Shown piece after piece: positions 35,991-44,519 of a stretch of 55,963 nt of DNA. The notes beneath the pieces are model-generated. The model did no database searches and was not told the origin of the DNA. It saw only the letters and a list, made by a program, of their open reading frames with translations. The DNA comes from a virus (lineage: Duplodnaviria > Caudoviricetes). Positions within the stretch are counted from its first letter, which is position 1; each line of letters opens with the position of its first letter. The stretch covers positions 1 to 55,963 of the IMG/VR virus record IMGVR_UViG_3300022697_000058; one strand, 5' to 3'. Position numbers and translations under genes: made by a program.

Positions 35991-36173
35991 GACATTGACC
36001 TTTCTATGGCTACAAAAAGCCCAGTGATGTCGTTGAGGGAAAATCGAGCGGTATCTTCATTTTCGTCTGGGTATATTTCCCAATATGGAAGCGGATGAAG
36101 GCACCGGCGAAGGGCGGGAGGCGCTCGAACCAGTTGTCAGCGCATAATTGGTCGCGGTGTGGGAATTGATATT

Positions 36174-36821
36174 TCATGACAGCCCCCGGATTTTAGCAGT
36201 ATCCCGCGCATTTTTTAAGATTTGCAAACTCTCGTCCAAGAGTTGCTGTCCTTCCTGAGCGCATCGCCAATGCATTTCCGATTTGGATGTGCTTAGGTAA
36301 ATATCCCCCGCCAAAATCCAAATCCCTTCGGCCTTTATCTGGGCATAGAAATGTAACCCATCCTGCCTTGTGCCGACCTTAAAGACATTCGACCATACAG
36401 GGTCAATACCCCAAAAAATAGCGTCGGAAAGATTGGCGTTGAACATATTCACATCAATAAGAGTCGCTTCGTTGAAATACGCATTATTCATTTCCGCATT
36501 GGAAAAGTTGGTATTTTTTATAAAAGCACTTTCTAGGTCGATGGTTTCAAGCAAGGAATTGCTAAAATCGGCATTGACGATATTGGCGTGTTGCATTTTC
36601 ACGCCCCGCAGGTTTGCGCCACAAAATTTAGCGCCGCTCAGATCAACATTCCGAAGATTAGCACCGCTCAGATCGGCATTCCTGAGAACGTCCGTGCTAA
36701 GTTCGGCGCTTTGCGCGGCAAGAGCGAGTTTTCGGCCTTCGCTGGTATCATCCGGGCAATCAATGTCTGCGGTGAATATCACATAGTCTGGATCAAGGCG
36801 GCTCTTTATGAAATATTTCAT
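36174..36821 (-). CDS. Pentapeptide-repeat protein
   Basis: ADLSG ANLRN VDLSG AKFCG ANLRG ... ANLSD repeats. Confidence 0.9.
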   Translation of the reverse strand: MKYFIKSRLDPDYVIFTADIDCPDDTSEGRKLALAAQSAELSTDVLRNADLSGANLRNVDLSGAKFCGANLRGVKMQHANIVNADFSNSLLETIDLESAFIKNTNFSNAEMNNAYFNEATLIDVNMFNANLSDAIFWGIDPVWSNVFKVGTRQDGLHFYAQIKAEGIWILAGDIYLSTSKSEMHWRCAQEGQQLLDESLQILKNARDTAKIRGLS

Positions 36822-37027
36822 GTCTCACCTGCCAGTTTCGTTGCATTTTTAAGCCGCTCGTGTTCATTGTGTTCGGCCATTGTGCATCCGTGGTCGATCA
36901 GGCTTGAGATGTCGTTGACGATTTTGAAGAGCGACACGGTGATGGAATTATCATCACCGTCCATCGCCTTCTCATATGCCGCATACGCCTCTTCCCGCAG
37001 ATCGTTCATCGCTTCATCGTAGGTCAT
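36818..37027 (-). CDS. Hypothetical protein
   Basis: GGAGG RBS, coupled ORF. Confidence 0.55.
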   Translation of the reverse strand: MTYDEAMNDLREEAYAAYEKAMDGDDNSITVSLFKIVNDISSLIDHGCTMAEHNEHERLKNATKLAGET

Positions 37028-37563
37028 TGGTGGTATCCTCCCGATACTATCCTGCCAATCCGATGCCAGCGGCTCTGAACGGCGTCAATGGTGAGATTGT
37101 GCTTGTCGGCAAAGCGGCAGATAGCTGGATAAATGCCGCCCGTTTTGTGGTGGCTCCTGCGACAGATGCGGAAAAGCCGCTCATCCATATTTGTGTCCCA
37201 CGGCGGCGGGAAAAATGTCGTTTCCAGCCGCTTGATTCCCGTTGTGGGCGCGGAAATGTGTTCGCCGGGCTTACTGAGGCATAAAGTGCAAGCCTTTCTT
37301 TCAACCGACGAAACGGATCGGTTCATTTCGTCGGCTATTTCCCTGAAATTCTTTCCCTTTCGGTGCTGCGTGACAAGATAGTCCCGCTCCGTGTTGGACC
37401 ATTTTTTAGGCCCTGCCGCTCTTTTAAGCGGCAATTTTTCGCGCCGGGCCACTGTGGACACATGATTGAGCGAGCAATTAAAGCGATTCGCAATTTCCTG
37501 CCGGGATCGCCCGCCTTCCCACATTCTTCGGAACTCTTTGCCGCCGATTCTGGTGCTGCTCAT
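37024..37563 (-). CDS. GcrA-like / Myb-like multi-HTH protein
   Basis: FRRMWEGGRSRQEIANRF; WSNTERDYL..NFREIADEMNRSVSSVERK; WDTNMDERL. Confidence 0.6.
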   Translation of the reverse strand: MSSTRIGGKEFRRMWEGGRSRQEIANRFNCSLNHVSTVARREKLPLKRAAGPKKWSNTERDYLVTQHRKGKNFREIADEMNRSVSSVERKACTLCLSKPGEHISAPTTGIKRLETTFFPPPWDTNMDERLFRICRRSHHKTGGIYPAICRFADKHNLTIDAVQSRWHRIGRIVSGGYHQ

Positions 37564-37847
37564 TCTTTTTTCTCCCTTTTGATACGCTCATCCACAGCCT
37601 TTACACCGTGGATTATAGTGCTGTGGTCCATCCCGAAGTAGTTTGCGATCTGCTGCCACGGCAGACCGGCTTGACGCGCCAGCCAAAACACCTCTTGGCG
37701 CGGAGCCACGCTGGATTGGCATTTTGATTTACTCATGATTACTGAGGGGGTGATCCCGTAGCGCTGGGCGACAATGGCGACAGCGGCGTCAATTTGGATG
37801 GTCCGGCGAGGCTCAGGAAGCCTCTCTGCCAATTCCTCAATCGTCAT
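37560..37847 (-). CDS. Stand-alone DnaA C-terminal (domain IV) DNA-binding protein
   Basis: VAQRYGIT..IMSK..VAPRQEVFWLAR..IANYFGMDHSTIIHGVKAV. Confidence 0.85.
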   Translation of the reverse strand: MTIEELAERLPEPRRTIQIDAAVAIVAQRYGITPSVIMSKSKCQSSVAPRQEVFWLARQAGLPWQQIANYFGMDHSTIIHGVKAVDERIKREKKE

Positions 37848-37920
37848 ACCATCGCCCCCGTCATCACCAGCATGACGTAAATCGCCACGAATAGGGCCGC
37901 ACAGGCCATAATATCGCGGA

Positions 37921-38049
37921 TCATGTCAATCTCCCAAAAAAGTAGTCTGCGGCTATCCAGAGCATCCAGCCCCAGAGAAACAGCGTTATTGCCATTGCTG
38001 GTGTGATCCACCATCCATGCGGCCAGCGGGGTTTGTCGGTGTGTTTCAT
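37921..38049 (-). CDS. Small membrane protein
   Basis: WPHGWWITPAMAITLFLWGWMLWI. Confidence 0.5.
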   Translation of the reverse strand: MKHTDKPRWPHGWWITPAMAITLFLWGWMLWIAADYFFGRLT

Positions 38050-38231
38050 GGTGCGTCGCTTTCCTCGTTGATCTCCCTTAGGCGCTTTGTGACAGATAAC
38101 TTTGTTTCGATCACATACCAATACGCCACCTCGGTTAGCGACTTGAACAGCCGGAAAGCCATGACGATCAGGATAATCTTCCCCAAAATGGCAAGAATGC
38201 CGACTGCTAATTCTATGTAATACGCCATCAT
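38046..38231 (-). CDS. Small membrane protein
   Basis: Hydrophobic N-half; coupled to DUF3560 gene. Confidence 0.5.
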   Translation of the reverse strand: MMAYYIELAVGILAILGKIILIVMAFRLFKSLTEVAYWYVIETKLSVTKRLREINEESDAP

Positions 38232-39058
38232 TTCAACCCCAACTCTTTCAGAACCAGCCGCGCCGCGTAAATTCCGTTGCCGTTCAACTGACGCTGCCAA
38301 GCCCCTTGCGATGGCGCCCAACGGAAGCCGTGGCTTTTCATGACCTTTCGTGTTTCGGGATCCGGTTTGCCGTCAAAGATGAATTGCACACGGTTTTCCT
38401 CGACGTTCTCGATCACGTCGCAAACCCCCTGAAAAGAGGTTTTTACCGTCACCCGCTGGCTGGAGCGTTCAAGTTGCTCGATCCGTTTTTTCAGGCGGCG
38501 CATGTTGGCGCTGTTGTTGGTGGTCTGGTAACTGGCGAAGCCATACCTGCCTGAAAAATCCTTTTTCAGCATTTGTTCGGCATAAAGAGCGCCCTTACTT
38601 GGCGCAAGCGCTTCCATCAGGCGCGTCAGCATCGCAAGCGCCTCTGGGCTGTCCGCGTCGTGGGCTTTCAACGTCTTGCGTATTGCCTTATTCCCGCCGA
38701 CCATTATTTTCTGCGTGGCCTCGCACGACTCAAGTTGCTGACGAAGTTTTGTCACCGCTTCTGGGTCGTCGGATGATACCCCGCCAGTTCCAACAGCCTC
38801 GGCCCGTGCGCGCAACTTGCCCGCACGCTTGTCGGCTTCAATGCTTGATCGCATGGCATTGTCCGCGCGTTTGATCGCGGCGCGGTGTTTGCCTTCGCTG
38901 TGGTGTCCGACAAGGATAGGCTGCCCAAACGGGATGCCGCTGGCCCCCTCGGTAAGGTCAGCGCGCCTATATGCCGCTGCGCTTTTTGCTTCTGCACGAT
39001 CAGCGGCCAATTCCAACCGCTCGCGCTTTGCTGCCTGTTTTTGCTCGTAAGTGTTCAT
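38228..39058 (-). CDS. DUF3560 domain protein (first gene of leftward early operon)
   Basis: IPFGQPILVGHHSEGKHR; SSDDPEAVTKL; NRVQFIFDGKPD..GFRWAPSQGAWQR. Confidence 0.88.
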   Translation of the reverse strand: MNTYEQKQAAKRERLELAADRAEAKSAAAYRRADLTEGASGIPFGQPILVGHHSEGKHRAAIKRADNAMRSSIEADKRAGKLRARAEAVGTGGVSSDDPEAVTKLRQQLESCEATQKIMVGGNKAIRKTLKAHDADSPEALAMLTRLMEALAPSKGALYAEQMLKKDFSGRYGFASYQTTNNSANMRRLKKRIEQLERSSQRVTVKTSFQGVCDVIENVEENRVQFIFDGKPDPETRKVMKSHGFRWAPSQGAWQRQLNGNGIYAARLVLKELGLK

Positions 39059-39116
39059 TTTGGTCCCCTTTTCTTAATGTATAATACCTATTACAAGATA
39101 GATATTGCCGTGTCAA
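39055..39116 (-). promoter_or_regulatory. Sigma70-like promoter plus RBS cassette, copy 1
   Basis: Minus strand TTGACA-17nt-TAATAG GTATTATACATTA..AAAGGGGACCAAAATG; near-identical to 48566-48628. Confidence 0.75.
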
Positions 39117-39159
39117 TTAAAATAATGTAATCGTTAAATTCGAACACTGGAGGTTGGAC

Positions 39160-39372
39160 ATGAATATTGGCGAGTGGAGTAAAGAAAAGGCCGAAACTCT
39201 CAGGGCAGAAATATACCATTACGCGATGCGACACCCGTTTGCATCGAGAACTGAGGTTTCATCGCATTTCAATGTGAACCACGGCACCGCGTCCCGCCAC
39301 GTCAGGGCGATCAAGGATGGCTGGCGACCGGCGCGGGATCGGGATCGGGATAACGAAAATCAGGCGGGCTGA
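39160..39372 (+). CDS. Small HTH DNA-binding protein (Cro-like position)
   Basis: ASRTEVSSHFNVNHGTASRHV HTH; GGAGG RBS; first rightward gene. Confidence 0.65.
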   Translation: MNIGEWSKEKAETLRAEIYHYAMRHPFASRTEVSSHFNVNHGTASRHVRAIKDGWRPARDRDRDNENQAG

Positions 39373-39374
39373 AA

Positions 39375-39908
39375 ATGTCAAAAGGATATGTTTATATTTT
39401 GAGTAATCCGAGCATGACTGGTGTTGTCAAAATAGGGAAGACGACACGCACAGTGGAGGAAAGGGCTTGTGAATTATTTCAAACCGGAGTCCCTGATCCA
39501 TTTAAGATCGAATATCAAGTATTATCCCCGGACTGCCACTATCTAGAGGCAAAAATACACAATGAAATATCTAAATTTAGGGTCAATCCTAGCCGCGAAT
39601 TTTTCAGAATTGACGTTATAGAGTCTATCAATATTTTAGATCGTTTATTGGTATCGCAAATACAGAGTTTGGTTGAATGTTTTTTACCCAATCACAACGT
39701 AATAGAGTCCGATTTAATCGTTTCTTTGTCTAATATTTATGATCTCTGCCAGTCTTTGGATATGCATCCATTCGAAATTATATCAGTTATAAATATGCTC
39801 ACGCCGGATGAAATTCGCCCAGCGGCAATAAGATACAACCAAGCCGTAGATGGTAGGAGGAATAGCATAAATTTAGATTCCAAACTAAAGGTTGTTAGGG
39901 AAAAATGA
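39375..39908 (+). CDS. GIY-YIG T5orf172/MUG113-family nuclease domain protein
   Basis: GYVYILSNPSMTGVVKIGKT..R..EL..TGVPDPF..LE..IH..RVNPSREFF; AT-rich. Confidence 0.85.
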   Translation: MSKGYVYILSNPSMTGVVKIGKTTRTVEERACELFQTGVPDPFKIEYQVLSPDCHYLEAKIHNEISKFRVNPSREFFRIDVIESINILDRLLVSQIQSLVECFLPNHNVIESDLIVSLSNIYDLCQSLDMHPFEIISVINMLTPDEIRPAAIRYNQAVDGRRNSINLDSKLKVVREK

Positions 39909-40693
39909 GCATTCTTCATATTGCATTTTACCCATCAGATTGGCTCGCTGGAACGCGCGGAATGTCGGATGCCGAGACGGGTGTTTACATCACATTGATA
40001 GCCAAAATGTATGAGATGGCAGGGCCTATTGAGCGGGATGATGAGCGGTTGTATCGACTGTGCGGGAGTAAGTCAAAAGCATCATTCCTGAAGTCACTAA
40101 ATTACCTCCTAAGTGAGGGTAAAATAATTCAGGTGAAAAATGACCTTTTACAAGAACGTGTTCAAAAAGAGATCAAAATCACGATGAAAAAAAGTGACAA
40201 GGCTCGTGCAGCAGCCAACATAAAATGGGGCAATAAACATAATAAAAACAATGGTCCGTCACATGCGAACGCACCTGTGGGGCATATGCCCCAGCGATGC
40301 CAGTTAGAGTTAGAGGTATATAAAGAGGAGTTAGGTAAACCTAACTCTTGTCCATTTTCGGATTTTTGGACAATTTGGCCAAGCAAAATTTCAAAGCAAT
40401 CCGCTCAAAAAGCATGGCGGAAATTAACACCAGAGGACCGTGGCCTCGCAATCAAATTTGCGGGGGCATGGTTCGCCAGATGGAGGATGCAAAATCAACA
40501 GGCGTCAGCGATACACGCATCGACATATTTGACCCAAAAAAGATGGATGGACGAATACCCAAACCAAGTGGAGAAAAAAAATGGTAGAAAACTCACCAAT
40601 GATCAATCGGCAAGATTGGCAACAGACGCCTTTGTTGACCAAAATTCTCACGCCACAGCAATTGCAATCTCACGGCGACGCGGTCGGACTTAG
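39905..40693 (+). CDS. DUF1376/YdaU-family replication initiator
   Basis: FYPSDWLAGTRGMSDAETGVYITLI; C-terminal FSDFWTIWPSKISKQSAQKAW..HASTYLTQKRWMDE. Confidence 0.85.
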   Translation: MSILHIAFYPSDWLAGTRGMSDAETGVYITLIAKMYEMAGPIERDDERLYRLCGSKSKASFLKSLNYLLSEGKIIQVKNDLLQERVQKEIKITMKKSDKARAAANIKWGNKHNKNNGPSHANAPVGHMPQRCQLELEVYKEELGKPNSCPFSDFWTIWPSKISKQSAQKAWRKLTPEDRGLAIKFAGAWFARWRMQNQQASAIHASTYLTQKRWMDEYPNQVEKKNGRKLTNDQSARLATDAFVDQNSHATAIAISRRRGRT

Positions 40694-41033
40694 GCTCGAA
40701 ATCACGTCTCGCAAGCACGATCGCTTCGGCTGGGACAAAATGTCGGAGGAAATTAAAACCTTGCTTCGTGCCGACTGGATAGCGGCATTGCTGGATTATT
40801 CAATCGAAGAAATTGACCGGGCTATCGTTGATTTCACAATCGAGCGTCCCGACAAATGCCCAAACGAGGGCCACATCAAAAAACGCATCATCGCTAACCG
40901 TGGCAGAGATTTATTAAAACAAAAACCCGCGCCGGAGAATGATCCTGAACGCCAGCCACCGACCGAGGCGGAAAAACAGCGCATAAAAAATCTCATTGAA
41001 AAAAGTTTCCCGAAAATGAAATCATTCAAATGA
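40581..41033 (+). CDS. Putative helicase loader / replication accessory protein
   Basis: DWIAALLDYSIEEIDRAI..PNEGHI; directly after initiator. Confidence 0.5.
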   Translation: MVENSPMINRQDWQQTPLLTKILTPQQLQSHGDAVGLRLEITSRKHDRFGWDKMSEEIKTLLRADWIAALLDYSIEEIDRAIVDFTIERPDKCPNEGHIKKRIIANRGRDLLKQKPAPENDPERQPPTEAEKQRIKNLIEKSFPKMKSFK

Positions 41034-41266
41034 GAAAACCGCGAACAATCATCAGCGCCGATGGCAAAACCGTGAAATTGCGCGTCCGCCTGTGGTCGGA
41101 AACATTCCCCGCCGCTGACATTGACGGTAAGGTCGCGCTGTATCGCCGTCTCACTGTCAGGAAGGGCGGCAAGTACGCCTCGGAGTATTCCCCCACCCTA
41201 GAGGCTCTAATCGCCGTCAGCGGGCGTATTTCGGCGTCTGAGAGGGTGTTAGAGGGCAATTTATGA
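41030..41266 (+). CDS. Hypothetical protein
   Basis: Coupled 78-aa ORF. Confidence 0.55.
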   Translation: MRKPRTIISADGKTVKLRVRLWSETFPAADIDGKVALYRRLTVRKGGKYASEYSPTLEALIAVSGRISASERVLEGNL

Positions 41267-41687
41267 CCCAATCCGGCAAAAGTCTGTTCAAAGCGATAAA
41301 AAAACACACAGATCCCGACCCGAGACAGGCCGAGGCATTCGGTGATCTGCCTGACCACGTGAAGCCCGAGGAAACCCGTGATCCACTCGATTATGACCCA
41401 ACGCCAGCCGATGCAACTCACGCATTTTTGGACGTTGAGGACGACCGCATTAGGGAAATAGGCAGCACCGTTTGGGAACCTGCTGTCGGCGGTGGCCACA
41501 TGGCGCGCCCACTGTCGGCTCACGGTTTTCGCGTAATCAGGTGCTTGAGCCACCGACCATGCCCGTCGCGGGCGTTTATCTCGCAATATGGGGGGTTGGT
41601 GATGATTATTGGCGACGGGGCCACGGTGAAATCGCGTTCAGGAGGCTCTATCGGGACGCCAATAAAAAACAGGGCAATCTGATTTGA
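41263..41687 (+). pseudogene. Probably truncated small amino-methyltransferase
   Basis: LDYDPTP and VWEPAVGGGHMA (SAM motif) present, no NPPY/F motif; family-like tail GEIAFRRLYRDANKKQ lies in another frame. Confidence 0.55.
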
Positions 41688-42709
41688 CGACATTCACGCT
41701 CAAAGAGGCGGCAAAGCTTCTACGCCTGAAATATCGTGACCTAAAAACGATGTGCGATGATGGTATAGTGCCGCATGTAAGATTAAGTCAGGGTTATATC
41801 CGATTTAAGTCACAACATATCGAGATGTTATCTCCGGGTTTACTCGGAGATAAAATTGAAGTAAGTTCAGGTTATATCAGACCTAAAAGACTGATAAGTC
41901 CGATTTATACGTCTACCGATAGGGGTTTCGGAATGGATAAATACACGCGTAACGCGAGAAATGCCTTGAATTTAGGCAGCGGTCTGCCTTGGGAAGCCCG
42001 TGGCGTCCTGTCGATGATGGTGGACCTTATGGCGATCCACGACAACGAGGGTATCCCCTGCGAGCCGAGCAGCTACATTGCCGGATCAATGGGCCTCGGG
42101 CAGCGTAAATGGACGCAGGGCATTGAGCCGATACTGATAAACGCGCGCAAGATCAAGCGGGTGCGTCGTGGCGGGATCGACGTTTACGTGTGGTATGACG
42201 GCGGATACATGCACGGCGACAATGCCGTGATTGAGCCGGTCCGTGCTGCGGCTCCGGTTCATCTTGATAAGTTTGCTTCCAGCGTCGAAAAAAGAATGAG
42301 GCGGGACAGATTGAGCCTAAATGTCTCTGGAATGCCAATCACCGAGGATGAGGCTGTGCCGGAAGGTGAGGCCCATTTTGTGCATCCTGACGGACGTGTA
42401 GACAAGATCGTCACGGCAGATGTATCCCCTGTATCCCCGCCACCAGCCCCTGCCGCTAATCCCAAGCGTGTGCTGGACGTGAGCGCCTATGATTTGCTCA
42501 AATCAGCGGGGATCGACGTGGATGGACACCCTCGGGGGGTGTTTTTCTGGGCGCGGGCCGAGCATACCGCCAAACTGCGCGAGTGGATGGAGACCGTGCC
42601 GCTGTCCGAGATTGCCGTGAGGATCGACAAGGCGCGCATCGCCGGTCAGTTTAACGACCACCAAAACAGCATGGCCGCGTTTGAAGCGGCGGTGATGGGG
42701 GATGGGTAA
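41684..42709 (+). CDS. Excisionase-type HTH fused to a second DUF1376-like domain
   Basis: FTLKEAAKLLRL..DGIVPHVRL..IRF; LPWEARGVLSMMVDLM..IAGSMGLGQRKW. Confidence 0.55.
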   Translation: MTTFTLKEAAKLLRLKYRDLKTMCDDGIVPHVRLSQGYIRFKSQHIEMLSPGLLGDKIEVSSGYIRPKRLISPIYTSTDRGFGMDKYTRNARNALNLGSGLPWEARGVLSMMVDLMAIHDNEGIPCEPSSYIAGSMGLGQRKWTQGIEPILINARKIKRVRRGGIDVYVWYDGGYMHGDNAVIEPVRAAAPVHLDKFASSVEKRMRRDRLSLNVSGMPITEDEAVPEGEAHFVHPDGRVDKIVTADVSPVSPPPAPAANPKRVLDVSAYDLLKSAGIDVDGHPRGVFFWARAEHTAKLREWMETVPLSEIAVRIDKARIAGQFNDHQNSMAAFEAAVMGDG

Positions 42710-43835
42710 TGTGGTGCTACGTCCCAGAAATGGATTGTCACTCTGCGCCGGAGCCGGTGGCCTTGATATGGGCCTTATGCTCGCGGAGCCAGACTTTCAC
42801 ACCAGATGCTTCGCCGAATGGGAAGAATACCCAAGATCGGCAATTATCGCAGCCCAGCGCGCCGGATACTTTGATCCGGCCCCTATCTGGGATGATGTCA
42901 CCACATTTGACGGTCAGCCCTATCGAGGAGCGATCGACACCATCCTCGCCGGATACCCATGCCAACCCTTCAGCCAAGCCGGGAGACGAAAGGGCAAAGA
43001 CGACCCTCGCCATCTCTGGCCTCAAATCGCCCGCATTATCCGCGAAATTGAGCCGCGATGGGTTTTCCTCGAAAATGTCTCAGGACACGTCAGTCTTGGA
43101 TCTGAAGCCGTGTTGCGAGAGTTACGAGATATGGGCTTCACGCCTTCGGCTGGCCTTTTCTCAGCGTCAGAAGTCGGTGCGCCGCACCAGCGCCTACGGT
43201 GGTTCTGTGTGGCCTACCGCAACAGTCAAGACGGGCAGCCAGACAGCCGAAAACCCAACAGCAGGACAGACGGGCGGGACGAGTCTATCGGGGGAGGCGG
43301 AAAGAAACTGGCCGACGCCGCGCGCACAGATGGCGAACGGGACGGGCGGAAACCAGCAAGGTGCGCCGGATATTCAGACGGTGGCAGCAACATGGCCGAC
43401 GCCAGCAACGAGGGATTACAAGGGGGTTCGCAGCAAGGGGATGAGGCTACGTCACTACCGAAAGACAAGCCAGATACCGGACGCGGCGGAATTGGAATTT
43501 TCCCGCCATGGCCAGCAGACGAAACCGCTTGGGCCTCGATCATGCGAGACACGCCTGATTTCGCGCCGGCTGTTTCACTCAGCGATGTTAAACGTGCCGC
43601 AGACAACTTTGCGGAGATGGTTGCGCGCGGAGACATGGCGGAAGCGGAGGCTCAATCAAAGGTTCGTCGAATGGCTCATGGGATGGCCCAGCGGTCACGC
43701 GCTTTGCGATTGCTCGGGAATGGAGTGGTCCCGCTATGTGCTGCGTATGCGTGGCGCACTCTCGCCAATGCCCACGGCTTGCGGCCCGTGGATTTGGGAG
43801 CCAACAGCAGAAACTCAGGCCCAAGAACAAATTGA
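42702..43835 (+). CDS. dcm: DNA cytosine-5 methyltransferase (alpha frame)
   Basis: LSLCAGAGG (I), AGYPCQPFS (IV), FLENV (VI), PHQRLRWF (VIII), LRLLGNGVVP (X). Confidence 0.9.
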   Translation: MGNVVLRPRNGLSLCAGAGGLDMGLMLAEPDFHTRCFAEWEEYPRSAIIAAQRAGYFDPAPIWDDVTTFDGQPYRGAIDTILAGYPCQPFSQAGRRKGKDDPRHLWPQIARIIREIEPRWVFLENVSGHVSLGSEAVLRELRDMGFTPSAGLFSASEVGAPHQRLRWFCVAYRNSQDGQPDSRKPNSRTDGRDESIGGGGKKLADAARTDGERDGRKPARCAGYSDGGSNMADASNEGLQGGSQQGDEATSLPKDKPDTGRGGIGIFPPWPADETAWASIMRDTPDFAPAVSLSDVKRAADNFAEMVARGDMAEAEAQSKVRRMAHGMAQRSRALRLLGNGVVPLCAAYAWRTLANAHGLRPVDLGANSRNSGPRTN

Positions 43836-43851
43836 ACTTTTCGGAGGATAA
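42709..43851 (+). CDS. Overlapping +1-frame ORF: probable MTase beta polypeptide (WPTP repeats, motif IX); true start uncertain
   Basis: 380 stop-free codons; WPTA, WPTPRA, WPTPATRDYKG; RLNQRFVEWLMGWP. Confidence 0.7.
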   Translation: MWCYVPEMDCHSAPEPVALIWALCSRSQTFTPDASPNGKNTQDRQLSQPSAPDTLIRPLSGMMSPHLTVSPIEERSTPSSPDTHANPSAKPGDERAKTTLAISGLKSPALSAKLSRDGFSSKMSQDTSVLDLKPCCESYEIWASRLRLAFSQRQKSVRRTSAYGGSVWPTATVKTGSQTAENPTAGQTGGTSLSGEAERNWPTPRAQMANGTGGNQQGAPDIQTVAATWPTPATRDYKGVRSKGMRLRHYRKTSQIPDAAELEFSRHGQQTKPLGPRSCETRLISRRLFHSAMLNVPQTTLRRWLRAETWRKRRLNQRFVEWLMGWPSGHALCDCSGMEWSRYVLRMRGALSPMPTACGPWIWEPTAETQAQEQIELFGG

Positions 43852-43852
43852 G

Positions 43853-44068
43853 ATGAAAAAAATGGATGGAAAAATCCCCGGCGCGAGGATGGGATTTATA
43901 TTCGCGCAAGCTGTCCTGTATGTAGTAACGGCGTTTCTTTTCTGGGATATATCGTGGCCAATAAATTTAGGGGCAACGAGCGCCGCTGCGAGGTTTGTAT
44001 TGCTATTCGTAACGGCATTTTATGAATTTGCCGTTATTGGTTTTATCACGGAGACACCTAATGAGTAG
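43853..44068 (+). CDS. Small two-TM membrane protein
   Basis: GGAGG RBS; two hydrophobic helices. Confidence 0.55.
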   Translation: MKKMDGKIPGARMGFIFAQAVLYVVTAFLFWDISWPINLGATSAAARFVLLFVTAFYEFAVIGFITETPNE

Positions 44069-44519
44069 ACCCGTGATGCCTAAATGGAAAAACAACCCCG
44101 ACGATATGCCTAATGTGATTTGGGCCACATTTGATTGGGAAATGTCGTGGTCGTGTGAGCCTAAGATTGAGGGTGAGGTTAAATACTATCGAGCCGACAT
44201 ACTTCCGACCTTGGGGCTTGATGCGATGGAGGTCGAGACAGTACGCATTTTGGCCGAACAAAAGGTCACGGAGGCTCGGGAAATCCTCGCTACAGCAAAT
44301 AAAAAACTGGCTGAGGCGGAAACGAAATTAGGCGCTGATAATGGCCACGTTGCCGCATTGTGCGAATATGTATCCATCCTATCTGAGGCCGGGACCAATT
44401 TAACCGACTGGATCGGCGCTGATAATGGCTCGATGGAGCATTTTTATGCGTGGATGAACAGGAAATCCGAGGCTCTTGAGTATGTATCCAAGGTAAAGGA
44501 AGAAAGAGGAGAATTCTAA
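44061..44519 (+). CDS. Hypothetical protein with coiled coil
   Basis: GGAG RBS; MPNVIWA..VKYYRAD. Confidence 0.55.
   Translation: MSRPVMPKWKNNPDDMPNVIWATFDWEMSWSCEPKIEGEVKYYRADILPTLGLDAMEVETVRILAEQKVTEAREILATANKKLAEAETKLGADNGHVAALCEYVSILSEAGTNLTDWIGADNGSMEHFYAWMNRKSEALEYVSKVKEERGEF

Noticed and set aside
39117-39137. CtrA box at the divergent promoter
   Set aside because: The TTAA half-sites are 13 nt apart, not TTAA-N7-TTAA.
40572-40693. Programmed frameshift at the A8 run joining initiator and loader
   Set aside because: The downstream ORF has its own GGAG RBS and ATG at 40581; simple overlap suffices.
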